DNA of 63,189 nucleotides, the filler included, from Reclinomonas americana ATCC 50394 (lineage: Eukaryota), in assembly GCA_048213135.1 (NCBI GenBank). It is 13 parts of 13 records of this genome, joined end to end, with 100 filler letters (N's around TTAATTAATTAA, not from the genome) between each part and the next. Parts side by side here need not be neighbours in the genome. Positions count along the whole stretch, not along the records: positions 21,169 to 26,940 come from AFZH01023730.1; positions 27,041 to 31,465 come from AFZH01023731.1; positions 31,566 to 39,765 come from AFZH01023732.1; 10 more parts are not named here. The stretch is one strand, 5' to 3'. The notes beneath the pieces are model-generated. The model did no database searches. It saw only the letters and a program-made list of their open reading frames with translations, and was not told where the DNA came from. The position numbers and the translations under genes are program-made. Position 1 is the stretch's first letter; each line of letters begins with the position of its first letter. Below are positions 24,270 to 37,200 of the stretch, piece after piece.

Positions 24270-26707
24270 ATGAACGCCACTGCAGTGCGGTGGCGGCGAC
24301 TTGCATCAATTGCACTGCTCATTGTGCTGCTCCTGCTCTTCCTCACACATGTGCATGCCGACGAGAACAATCACTCGGTGATTCCCGCGCGCGCGCGCGC
24401 GCTTCTCAGACATACACACACACACGTGTCAATAGCAATGCTCATCCTGTGCCTCCTCCTCCCTCTCTCCCCTCTGTGTGTGCGCGTGTGTGTGTGCAGT
24501 ATGCTGATGGCGACGAGGTGATTGTGTGGGCGAACAAGATCGGTCCTGTGCACAATCCGCAAGAGACGTACTCGTTGTACTCGTTGCCGTTCCAGCCGCC
24601 CATGGAGATGAAGACCAAGTACCAGACACTGGGCGAGGCACTGGAAGGGAATGAGCTGATTGAGTCACCATTCAAGGTCCTTTTCAAGGAGGAGACGCAG
24701 GATCCGGTGTTCTTGGCCTCGACCATGGGATCGCTGCAGCGCACTACACAGGAGATGCTGCACGATGCGATTGTCGAGCAGTACGTCTATCACTTTACGA
24801 TTGGTGCGTAGGAGGAGGGAACGCAGCGCGGGGATCCGCCCTTTCTATTTCTCACACATGTTGGCATGCATGCAGACGAGTTGCCGGTGTGGGCCTTGTT
24901 GGGCGAGTACGATGGCAAGGCCGACAAGGCGTACCTGTACACGCACCTGGACTTCTCGTTGGCCTACAACGGCTTCCGCATCATCGAGGCCAACCTGACC
25001 ACCATGCAGCCGGAGGATGTCGACAACCTGGACTCGTTCCGCATTTCGTACGCGGTGCGGTGGCACGAGACCGACACGGTGTTCGAGAGGCGTGGAGAGC
25101 GCTACAACGATGAGGCATTCTTCGAGCACAAGGTACATGTGTGCAGCCAGCGGTGCGGTGCCGTCAACAGCAGCGTGCGTCTGACTGGTGTCGTGCAGAT
25201 CCACTGGTTCAGCATCTTCAACTCGATGATGATGGTGCTGTTCCTGGCCGGTCTGGTGGCCATGGTCATGCTGCGCACGCTGCGAAGAGATATCGCGCGG
25301 TACCAGCGTGACGGCGCCTCCAACGGGCTGCTGGACACCGAGCTGGGCAGTTCTGAGGACGGACACTTTGACAAGATTGGCGACGACTCTGGCTGGAAGC
25401 AAGTGTCGCGCGACGTCTTCCGCACGCCACCAAACATGACGATTCTGGGTGCACTGATTGGCACCGGCATGCAGCTCATTCTCATTGTGTTTGTCGTCAT
25501 TCTCGTCGGTCTGGTGGCGTCGAAGCAGTACGCTCGGTGGGCGCCCAATTGCCTCCTGTTTTGTCTCTGTGCTCACAGCATGCGTGTCGACTCACCCCGT
25601 GTTCCCCTGGGGGTGACGCAGCCGCGGGTCAGTGCTGTCGGCCTTCGTAATCGGCTTTGGGTTCACGTCGTTTGTGGCCGGCTACGGTTCCGGCAGCTTC
25701 TCGGCGCGCTTCCCCAATCCCGACTTTTCGCGTCTGGAGGCCATCTTGGTGACCGCCGCGCTCTATCCAGGCATGGCCGCCGCCGTGGCCGTGACGTACA
25801 ACTTGGTGGCCACATTCTACGGCTCACTGAGTGCCATCCCGTTCGGAACCATGGTACTGTGTACACATTGCATAATGGGGAGGAGAGAGAGAGAGAGCAC
25901 TAACGACGTTGCGCAGATGATTGTGTTCTTCTTGTGGGCGCTGATCTCGTTGCCGCTGACCTCGGTCGGCTTCATTGTCGGCCGCTCGCGCAACGTCGAG
26001 CACAAGCACCCGGTGGAGCCAATCCGAACACAACCATTACCACAGCACAAGCGGCACGTGCACCAGCCGTGGTTCCTGCGACGCACCACGCTGATGGTGG
26101 TCGGTGGTCTGCTGCCGTTCGGGTCGATCTTTATCGAGATGTACTTTATCCTGTCCTCGTTCTGGGCCTATAAGTTTTACTATCTGTTCAGCGTGAGTCT
26201 ATGGTGGCCATTTCCCCTCTCTTTTTCGTTGCTTTCTCGCTGAGCATTGTCGCGTTGCGCGCAGGTGATGCTGGTGGTGTACGGCATGCTCATTGTGGTC
26301 GCCGCCTGCACCAGCGTGGTGCTCACGTATCTGCAGCTCAACTCCGAAGATCCACGGTGGCCATGGTTTGCCGGCACGCTTTTTTTGTTGTCTCCCTTGT
26401 CTTTGCCGGGTTTTCACGTGTACACGCAGGACGTGTTTCGGATCGGGCCTAATGACCGGCCTCTATGTCTACTGCTACTCGCTCTACTACTTCCTCTTCA
26501 AGACCAGCATGACGGGCTTCCTGCAGACGCTCTTCTACGTCGGCTACATGGGACTGTTTGCCATTGGCGCCGGCATCCTCTGCGGTGAGAGCACAACAAC
26601 ATGCGTGCAACATCTGCACATGACTGACTCCCTCCACAGGCACCGTGTGCTTCCTCGCGGCCTACGTCTTTGTCAACAAGATTTTCCGCGATCTGAAATC
26701 CGACTAA
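24270..26707 (+). CDS. Transmembrane 9 superfamily (EMP70/nonaspanin) protein, TM9SF3/TMN1-like
   Basis: Signal peptide, WANKIGPVHNPQETY, FEHKIHWFSIFNS, GWKQVSRDVFR, GGLLPFGSIFIEMYFI and C-terminal LKSD-TAA. Eight GT-AG introns keep the frame. Confidence 0.93.
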
Positions 26708-27160
26708 AGAGCAGCCAGTCAATGACTTTCCGACAAAAAAGGAAAACACTTAAAAAGGAAATGCGAGCACTCCCGCCCTTTCCACGCTGGCTGTTGTTCA
26801 CGCGAAAGAATGGAGACAGTCATTTCACTTCTCCATCACTCTCTTAAGCTTCACACTCATCTTCTCCCGCCCGAGAATGCCTGCTTACCGGAGAACAATG
26901 ACGAGGTGTTCAGGCACATGTTCGCGTCACTCTGCGGCTGNNNNNNNNNNNNNNNNNNNNNNNNNNNNNNNNNNNNNNNNNNNNTTAATTAATTAANNNN
27001 NNNNNNNNNNNNNNNNNNNNNNNNNNNNNNNNNNNNNNNNTGGATATCAACGAGAAATATTGCGTCGTTGGACAAGAAGCCAGCCATCGTCGTCGATGCA
27101 GCACTCTTTCCAGGACCGCTCGAGCTGCAGCAATTCTACATACTATTTACTATACTTTCA

Positions 27161-29852
27161 TTATTGTATCTCCAGTTGCGTGCGCTCCACAAACGACGAC
27201 TGCGAGGTGAGGGAGGCGAGCGGTGGTGGCGATGACGAAGACGACAACATTCGTTGCCGTTGAATAAAGTCGCGGTAGGAGGCACTGGTCACGAATCTCG
27301 GTAGAATGTCGGTAATGACCATGCGCAGCACGGCGCGCTCGGTGCTGTCGAAAATCGTGTTGACGGAGGTGCTGCGCAGGGGTTCGTCGCGTGATGGGGG
27401 CATGTCGCCGCGCCAGGAGACCTGACACAGCAGGGTGTCTTCGCCACCGTCGCTGCTGCGGTGCCGTGCCCGGGTGAAGCTCTCCATCACCGGAGCCATT
27501 TCGCGCCTGTACAACTGAGTTAATCCAGTATCACATAGACTTGCACCATCCCTTTGCTTGCACGCAACTCTGACACGTTCAGCACGTGAGCACCCTGCAC
27601 GTATCGCACGCACGTGAGTTGAGAAATGGAAAAGAGTCGCGCGGAGTCGTGACGCAACAGTGGAGAAGAAAAAGTCTTCGCAAATGAGAAGACCGAGGCC
27701 GCGCACGTTGGCTTGCCGCCGAGACAGAGCCAGCACGTCGAGAGGATCGGTCATAAGCAGCCGGGCGGCCGCCAACTTGTACTCACGCAGGCGGATGAGA
27801 AACATGAGATTCTGCGTGGGGGAAATGTAAGCGGAAGCAGAACGTATGCATGTCACCAAGCACAACAGCACCTCCAGCGAGTATTCCAACGTGCAGTGCG
27901 CCCGAAACAGTTCCATGGTTTCGGGGTTGTCGAGCACAGAGTCCAACTCGTTGAAAGCCGCCGTGCTGAACGAGTACGCTCGATTGCGAATCAAGTGCCC
28001 AGAGTCCAGCTACCACCACGATAAGTGAGTGAGTGAGACAAGCGCGACAAAGCACTCTACTGCACATGTAGGTGTGCGTGCGACTGACCAGCGCGGATGT
28101 CAACATGTCTGCGTGATCGCGATAGCTGCCGCTCCGGGAGCTCTTCCCGCTACCGCTGGCATCCGATGCGCGTTGGCCTGCGCTCTCGAATGAAGATATC
28201 TGGCGCAGACGTAGTGATGAACGGCCACGCACGCCGGTGGTGAGGAGCGCCCGGGGAGACACTCACCGACTGCGTTCTTTCCCTCGTCTCTGCATCAACA
28301 GTCTTCCATGGTCTGTGAAGCCGCATTAACCGCCAGGGCCTGGGCGCAGCAGTGGCGCAATCGGATGAGATGATTTCATGAACAGTAATGGGCGGCAGCC
28401 ATCGGCGTACCAAGCAAACAGGGGGGCACACACGGAGCCGAGTTGCGCAATGGCGGTCACCCACAGGATCACCCAGTTGAGTGGATCTTGCCTGCGCACA
28501 CGAAATCAATCAGCAAGAGTCGCCAGCGAGCGAGGAGAGTCACACAACACAGCACGGGCGCACGTGAGCGAGTACTGATCCGAACGGAAGAGGCGGATCA
28601 CACTCAAACAACACCCCTGCAAGCATGAGTGAGAACTCACGCTCGGAGGAGGAAGAGAGAGTGTGCATGGACGCACCAGCAGCGAGAAGCTGAGCGACAC
28701 AAACATTTCGTTGCGAACCTGCGACAATCGGGGTGAGGTGACAGCGACAGAGTGGCGAGCGAGCGAGCGAGCGAGCGACGCACGTTACGGACGTCGGCAA
28801 AATGCCACAGCCGAACCAGCACCACAACGGAGAGGATGACTTCCACCACGAAGAGTGCAAGAATGACGCATCGGCACACAAACAGCGACACGCTGCACTG
28901 CGTGGACGACTCGGTCACGCCGAGCTGCGCACACAACCACAATGAGTCACGGCGACAACGCGCACGCAAACCCACATACAGTACGCAACACCAATGCCGA
29001 CGATCAAGGTCGCCACGATGCAGAAGAGGCAGAAGAGGAGTACGCGCCACTCGCTCAGTCGGCGCTGCCAGCGATACATGTCGTGCTTGTGGGTGAGGCG
29101 AACGACGGCCTTCTTCGAGACGCGGCCATCGTAGAAGCTATTCATCTGCATCCCCGACGACAGAGTGGAGCCCGTGTTGGTGTCTTCGAGGCCAGCTTGA
29201 AGCTGATGTCGAGCGCGGAGAGCAGCCACTTTGATGTCCTCGCTGCGACGGAGCGTGGTCGCCGCCGTCACCAACAACTGGAGCGCTCGAGCACTGCCGG
29301 TGCGCGCCAAAGGGGAGAGCACAATGAGCGACTGGCCAATACGAGTATCGACGATCGCGACACGCAACATGACAAACAGCGTGCGGCCGACGGCACCGAG
29401 AGTGTACCGCTCGACATGCACGACCTACACAAGCTGGTGAGATATCGTGAGAGCGAGAGAAGAGTGGCAAAGGAGGAGGGGACGCAACGCAGACGGAGGT
29501 GGTTCCAAGCTGCGCCTGCATGATGATCCACACAAAGAACACGCCCCACAGAGACCCGGAGATGAAAAATCCGAGTAGCAGTCGCGGAGACAGAGGCTGC
29601 TCTCCAGGTCAGTTTGGTGACTTCCTCTCACGCACACATAGTAGGAGAGACACACACACACCTTGATGGCAGACCATCTCAACATTGGCAACAATGCCTG
29701 CGCCGGAGAGCGCAGTGAGCGAATGCGCGTGTGAGAAGTGTGTGAGAACAGCAACACGACGTCACCAGCGCAAAGATGGTACTGAGCACAGTCTCGAGGA
29801 AGGCGATGCATAGCACCGCCAGCATCTGCTGCTCCGCGGGAGAGAGCCCCAT
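27161..29852 (-). CDS. Multi-pass membrane protein with C-terminal RGS domain (7TM-RGS-like)
   Basis: RGS motifs LDSVLDNPETMELFRAHCTLEYSLENLMFL, HVLNVSE and IFDSTERAVLRMVITDILPRFVTS. Several upstream hydrophobic exons, including IKPLSPRLLLGFFISG. Confidence 0.8.
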
Positions 29853-30723
29853 GGGAGCAGCTGTGTGTCTGCGTGGGCTCTTGTGATTGGTTTTCGAGGA
29901 CGCGATTGGTAAGGACAACAACTGTCGATCAATGGACGACGACGCTGGCAAGGCAGAGTGTTGAATGAGCGTGGAGAGCAGGCCACAACCGCGGAGGAGG
30001 CAGGGGCAGCAGAACCCTGATTTATCCGCAGACTGCAGAAGGGCAAAGCTCCACCAGCCGTGCAGCATTCACCGGCACATGAAGGCCGCTTCTTGCTGCA
30101 GCTCGTGCTCAAGTATCTGCAACAATCCTCAGGCTCTCTCCTGTCTCCCCCCCGTCTCCGTCGTGCTGCACCGAAGCTCAAGTATCTGCACTAAGCATCA
30201 CCTCCACGAGGCACGTCTTGCTGCACCCCTCCTGTCGTTCCTCTCATCTCCGCCAAACGCAAGCGAGTCTACCACCTAGCTGTACACGAGTACTACGATC
30301 TGCAGCATCCTTCCTCCTTCTTCCTGTCTTCGCCAGACACAACGAGTCTCCCATCTTGCTACACACCCGTTGTCGCTGATCTGCAACGCCCCTCCATGTC
30401 TTCCACTCGTCTCCACCTGGCACGACGAGCCTGCCGTCAATCTCAAGAACTTGCTGCACCCCTCCTGTCTTCTTCTCGTCTCTGTATCGCTCTACTGGTG
30501 CTTGCTAACGTGCACCCCTCCTCCCTTCATCTTGCCCAACGCGTCTGCCGTCTTGCTGCATGTCAACAGCTTGCCGCATATCTCCCCTCCTGTCCACCCT
30601 TCTGTCTCCACTCACGCCTCCTTTCTCCCGCCTCCCTGCATCCACCCGCCCCCTCCCTCCCTCCCTTCCTCCCTTTCTACATGTTCCTTCTTTCACTGCA
30701 TGCACATTGTGAGCCGACCGCAT

Positions 30724-31173
30724 TCATCCATTATCATTCCACCGATACGCGCAGCTAACACATCGATAGAACGTCGTCGCCGGCTCATCCGCCGAGCGGA
30801 TTTGCACTTGGAAGAAGAAGGCCCGATTGTGATTGCATTTGGGGCATTTCGCTGCACACAAGCGAAAGCAATCAATGACTGCATCCTCCCCTCTCTCTCC
30901 CCTTTCACACACACCTTCCGTGGCATCGACATTTGCCCACGCATCCTTCCCGCCCAACACATCATCCACGACCTTCTTCTTCGTCAGCAGCTTCTTGGAG
31001 ATCTTTGCGGCAATGTAGCACGTGTACGGACACGTGCGACAGCACAAGCGCATGCTGCCTCCACCGCCCACCACTCCTCCTCCACTGCTGCCTGCACCTC
31101 CCGTGCCATCGTCGCCACCACCGCCACTGGCGTCGGCCAGGAGCAGGTTGGCGCAAAAGGGGCAGAAGAGCAT
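30724..31173 (-). CDS. POLR3K: RNA polymerase III subunit C11 (RPC10/RPC11), one intron
   Basis: MLFCPFCANLL..CRTCPY..VDDVLGG..AW..CPKC..AFFFQVQIRSADEPATTFYRC..CAYRW. Confidence 0.95.
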   Translation of the reverse strand: MLFCPFCANLLLADASGGGGDDGTGGAGSSGGGVVGGGGSMRLCCRTCPYTCYIAAKISKKLLTKKKVVDDVLGGKDAWANVDATEGVCERGERGEDAVIDCFRLCAAKCPKCNHNRAFFFQVQIRSADEPATTFYRCVSCAYRWNDNG

Positions 31174-31565
31174 CACGATGTGTGACAGACAATCATGCTC
31201 GCCTTCTGTGTGTCATTCATTCATTCATTCTCCAGTGTCTTGTGCGTGTGTGTCTGTGTGTGTGTGTGTGTGTCTCTCTCTCGTTCCGCCCGCTTGTGAG
31301 CTGTTGCGAGAATGTCGGCTCCGTATCAGAGCCTGCGAGTTGCGTGCATATGCGTTTTCTTCTCGCACGCACAACAGACACGCACGCACTCCACTGCTTG
31401 TCTCCGCGTCTCTCATCTCACACGCTCTCCACTCTGCTGAATGTGCGGTTTTGCATTCTTTCTCANNNNNNNNNNNNNNNNNNNNNNNNNNNNNNNNNNN
31501 NNNNNNNNNTTAATTAATTAANNNNNNNNNNNNNNNNNNNNNNNNNNNNNNNNNNNNNNNNNNNN

Positions 31566-33848
31566 CATGTCAGCGTACACATGCAACAACACCATCGATG
31601 CGCTTGTCGTACATAACTGAATGGCGCAAAGCAGTTGCACGTGCCGTCGGCGTTGCAAGTGCCCCTGCCATTGCACGTCTCCACCGGCCGACACGAGCAG
31701 AATCTGTGACATGTGTCAGCAGATTACTCACCACACGTAGGGACATGCAGCGAGACGTAACGGTCCGCCGATGCCGGGGAAGCACTGGCAGCTGCCGCCG
31801 ACACATGAGCCATTGTTGGGTCCATTGCACTGTGCAGTGGTGGTGCACTGGCCTCCACCCGGAGTGCTGAGGGTGGCACCCGACGTGGTGCACGTGCGGA
31901 TCGTGCCGCTGAGTGTGAAGTAATCGACGGCCGTGTCGTCTGAATGCGGTGGCATGATGTGAGACGACGACTTGCACGCCCCCCCTCCCCAAGCAAACAA
32001 ACCCTCGACCACAATCTCCAGGCGACCACGCGAGGTAGCCAGTGCCAGCAGTGTGGATCCCCCCATGGTGGCGGTGGCGGCCAGATCAATGGTGAAGTTG
32101 CGTGCTCCCGTGGCCGTGGACCACGCACCGCCGACCAGAGAGGTGAAACGCAGATTGGCAGCGTCGATGATGACGCCGGTCACCGAATCAAAGACGCCAA
32201 TGAGGATGGTGTCGTCGCCGGCGGTGCCGTTGAGGGCGCGGGCGGCGAACGACAGTGTGGCGGTGGCCAGACGATTCGGCACCGCAACGAAACCGTCAAT
32301 GAGGAAGGCGTTGGTCTGCAGGCTGTCAAACGACGTCAGAGTCGGGAAAGTCGGCACAAACGAGCTGACGTAGGCGAGGAGGCCTGCATTGTCGAAAGTC
32401 AGTCAAGTGGACGTAGCAAGGGAGCACCAGGTGCTTGCCTCACCACTGGTGGGGCGCACGGGTTCACCGACGCCACCAAAGTTGTCAACGAGTCCGTGTG
32501 TCACAGCGTACGCCTGCACGGTGCACGGACACGTCTCCAGCACCAGGTCCATATAGTCCACGGCAGTATCGTCTGCAATGGTTGGAGAACAGTGTTGAGT
32601 CTCAGAGATAACACTCTTCCACACGTAGTACACACAAAAACTGACCAAGCACAATGACGTCGAGTCGATTGGCCTGGCGGAGAAGATCGAGCACCGAGAG
32701 CGCTGTGTTGCCAAACGTCAACCGCGTGCTGCCCAAGTCCACCTCGAGAACTACACCAGCGGCTCCCACAAATGTGCTTCGCCACGCGTACGGCACCAAA
32801 GCCGTCGATGACCCTCCAAGGCGATTGTACGAGTAGCCGACAGGCGTACCCGTTGAGGTCCACACGCCGAGCTGCACGCCATCGTTCATGGACAGTGCGT
32901 CCACATCTTCGTGCGCGCAACGGAGGGTCAGGAGGAAGGTAGGGTGGGAGAGAGAGGCAGAGAATCATGCAAGTGGACGTACTCGGCTTGGCAGCGAATC
33001 GCAGACGGGCGCCAGTGAGGTCAGCCGTTGAGGGAACCGATGCCGTGACGTTCTCGTACGAGTCTGCAAACCACCTGTTGCTGCTGTTGTTGTCGAACGG
33101 CTTGAACGGATACAGAGCAGCGAGATCGGGGAACAGGCTGCTGTAGTAGGCCGCCACACCTGGATGCCCAGCGACGTGAGCGCGGCAGCGGGTTACGAAT
33201 ACACAGGTGACCGACGAACCAAGTGATACAGACGCCGGCTCGACATTGCTGGTGGCGAATACATCGTTGACACCATGTCGCACCACAACAGTGGGGCACG
33301 GTGGCACAACCGGGCACTACAGAGGGGCGACACGAGACGTGAATTGTGATACGCTTGTGGACTCATGGCACTGGTCGATGTCAATGCAATACCGGCGTGT
33401 TGCAGGCCGAGCCACACTGTCCGTTGACGCAAACGTCGCAAGTGATTCCAGTCCACTGTGGATGGCACACGCACTCGCCCAATGCCGAGCATGTTCCGTG
33501 CCCGTTGCACGACTCCACCGGCCGGCACTGGCAGTTGGTTCCACCGATACCGGCGAAACACTGCGCACGCATCACGTTTGTCAATCACGTCCTTGTACGG
33601 TAAGACGCGCGCCAGCTCACCTGACAAAACCCATTGACGCACTGTCCACTGGCCTGACCGGGATGGAAGTTGCACTCGTTGTTGGTGAGACACGGTCCAC
33701 CGCCTGCGTCACCGGTGGTCAGTGGTCGACAGACAAGATGTAAGTGAACACACCGCGCCGTACCTTGTGCCAGGGCGCCGCCGCTACACAGCAAGAGCAC
33801 GGCGACAGCAAGCGCGACGAGAGCCGCACGCGTTCCGATTCCCGTCAT
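31566..33848 (-). CDS. Secreted/cell-surface EGF-repeat protein with two tandem copies of an unnamed ~190-aa domain; 3' truncated
   Basis: Signal peptide MTGIGTRAALVALAVAVLLLCSGGALA, EGF pairs (CNGHGTCSALGECVCHPQWTG; CNGRGTCNADGTCNC) and a repeated DDTAVDY motif. Confidence 0.8.
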
Positions 33849-34230
33849 CTACAAATCTATCGGGTGACTGTCTGTGCTCTCCAAACGACACAAGAACACG
33901 AGAGATGCACAAAGAACCCCCCGATGCGACCTGAAGCGAGGATCGCGGAGCGGAGGAGTGAGGAAAAACAGCAGAGGAACTCGCCCGTCGTTACGGATGA
34001 ATCACAATGCTCCTCTGAGTCTCTCACACCAAAAAGAATCGCATGTTGTGGAAATGTGCCTCGCTTCAATACCACAGCAGTAGGTCGACGGAATATCGGA
34101 ATAACAGCAGTAGAAGCGGTGCATTATCGATCATGTTTCCCAAGAACAAACGTCACGACCACTGTCGGAACGAGGCCGAGTAGTGGATCTGGAAGGCACC
34201 CTGCAGGAGATTTCCAATGTTCAGAGACTA

Positions 34231-37200
34231 TCACCAGAGTAGAGGAAGCCGGCAACAGAAATGCGCAACGGGGATCTGTGCGCCAAGGTGGCACACAAAG
34301 GTGAACTCGTAAGGCACCAGGAGCCGCTCTGCGAGCGTTCAAAAAAAAAAGCAGCGGTGAGAATAACAGTGCACGACTGCACGAGAGGTGGGAAGAGGAC
34401 AAGAAGAAGAGAACCGTATACAAGCAGCGGAGTGCCGTCGCCGGCGACCACATTGTCGCTGCCGGTGAAATCCATGGTGTATTCGATGGGCACATCCGAC
34501 AGATTCAGCACGCCGTACGAGAACGTGTAGGCCTGGCCGGCGTCGTAAGAAAACACTCGCAAAGCGCCGCTGTCCTTGGCAGAGCCGCGTTCTTGGATAA
34601 TTTGCGCGTACAACTCATGGATCAACTGCGTTGCGGGCAGATGCAATGGTCAGCAGAAACTGAGGCGTGTGTGCGCGAGACACACAGTCACACACCGACG
34701 GTGAGTCAATCGCGGCAGCGTGAACGCCTCCCGCATGGCCGGGCGGGCCGTGAACGCTGACAACGTACACTCGGTCGTCGAGAGCATTCAGTGCGTGATC
34801 GAAGCCAAGTCGCGACAGCCAACTCCACACAGGTGCTTCTCCATTTGCTTCCATGCGGCGTTGGAAGAACTGGACGAGGCCGCGGCGAGATAGACCCTAT
34901 TCAAAAAGAGCGTGCATAAGTTTTCAGCGTCGCTGCTTCACACGTGCCTTGGCGACATGCGTGCATACCACATGCGTACTGCAGTGCTCCACCAGGATGC
35001 GTGTACGGAACTCGTCCTCGTCGATCCTGTGGCCGGTGATGGTCTCGTGGAAGTGATTGAACTCTGCAGGCAAGCGTGTGTGTGTGTGCGCGCAAGAGTT
35101 CGCAGTTTGTTGTCGTTTACCGACACGCAGTACCTCCGTATGACAAGATCTCGTCCATGTCGAGATCGAAACGCTCGAAGATGTGCTGTGTGTGTAGATG
35201 TGAGGGTGAGCAAGTTCAACTGTTCGAGAACCCTCACAAAGTAAACGCAACAGCAATGGTCGACCGCATCTCGGACACGAGCGAGCCGTCAATCCCCCGC
35301 AAAGCCAGGGCATGTTCTGGGACGTCACCGTGGTAGCGGCATCGCAGGTTCACGCCAGTGGTGCTGCGTGCGCAGCAGGTAAGACAAAGTGCGCGCACAC
35401 GTAGAGAAACAAAAGGCGAGCACACGAAACAGCGGCACAATCTGGTACTCTCCCGGTTCCAGATCGACCGTCACTTGCACGTCGCGTGCCTGACCAGTCA
35501 CGTGCCCGGAGACGAGCTGCCACGATGAGCCGACCCGCCGTCGGACGGCCACGTCTGTCATTGCACGCGCGCTTGAGCACATGCGCATTCAAGGCAACAA
35601 ACTGAAAACACATGGTCAGCGTACCAACATCCACATTGTGTCGTCGATCTTCCACGCCCAGAGAGCGCTCGTCCTCTTGGTGCACGCCAATGTAGAATGT
35701 TCCAGATTGTAGCACATGCAACTCAAACGCGGTGGAATCCACTGCACCATCTGCACGCCGGTGGAAAGAGCCGCGTGCGCGCGACTCGTCCCACTTTTGC
35801 GTCCTTCTCGCAGCATGTTACGGTGAGGCACGGTGGGAGAAGGAAAGGTGCAACGCAACAAGGACGAAACATGCACACGGTAATGTCGCAAAAATAGTTG
35901 ACAAACGAATCAAACGACATCCAGAACGAGCCGCCACTGCGACGGAGGCGCGGGTTGACAGCGTGCACCATTTCCGGTGTCCACCGCTCAGACTCGTCGG
36001 ACCACTCGCCATTCCTACACACACGAGTCAGATGTACGCCCGCCAGGCATCCGTGGAGACGAAAACAAACCATCTGCGTGCACATACAGCAAAGAAAGGT
36101 GAGGCCGTCATACAATGAGGAACAATCGCAGATCAACGCACACTCCATTGCCCCAGGGGTTGCGCAGCAGCACGAGTTGATGTCCATGTGCCTCGACAAC
36201 ACGCAGTAGTGTGTATGCCTGTGGCCTTGAAGATGAGCACGTACATCAACACGGAGACCGAGCACGCGAGACGCACGTGGCCGGGCACGAGGCCCGTTGC
36301 CGCTCGCAGATCATCAATGCCGAGTTGCGTGGAGAATTCGTGTTGATCTGGTGCAACACACAGAAATTTAAGCATGGCGCCGCGAAGCAATCGTGCAGAC
36401 ACGCAGTGAACACTCACCTCTTGTCGCCGTGCACATGAGGTGGTTGCGCGCTAGTGCATCCACCAACTTCTCCCACAACTCGCCCGACGCAATCATGGCC
36501 TGCCCACTCTCTCGGTGCATGTCGTACCTCGCAAAAGGAGCACCGGTCAAGTCGATCAACGCTTCGCGTGTCATACCACCACGGAGCTGCACGCACAAAC
36601 ACCCCACGTTAGCTGGCAAACACGAAGACGGGGATGATGAAGATGACGGGCTCACATTGTCGTAGGTGCCGGCGAGTTTCGCAGCGGCCTTCTCGAGCAG
36701 CATGGGCCACAGCTCCGACTCGTGATTGCGAGTGTACACGGGTCCCGCGCCAGGAAAGCAGGGAAAGTAGTCGTCGAGAGTGACGGTGCGCCAGGCTCCG
36801 TTCTTGCACAATCGCACCTGTCGCTTGGCGTGTGAGGTGCATGCGGAAGGGACGAATGGAGCGTAACAAGGACACGCACTCGGTAAATGCCCTCGGAGGA
36901 CGACTCGGCACTGGGAAAGAGAGCACGGACCAGAGCCGGTTGCTCAGTGAGGGCGGCGACAGCACTCTGTGTCGCACGAGAGCTGTCAACAATCAATGGC
37001 CGCGGCGAACGCAAGACGGCAACGCACCAAAAACCAGCAGTCGCCAAGACTGCCCTGCAAAATGTCGTCGGCCTCGATCTCTCCACAAAACACCTCCGGA
37101 TGCATGCCGGCCATAAAGTCGATCGGTCTGCCGTGGAGCATTGCGAGAGAATAGAGTGTGACGGTGACGCCTGAAGCACATAGACAACAGAGATACGCAC

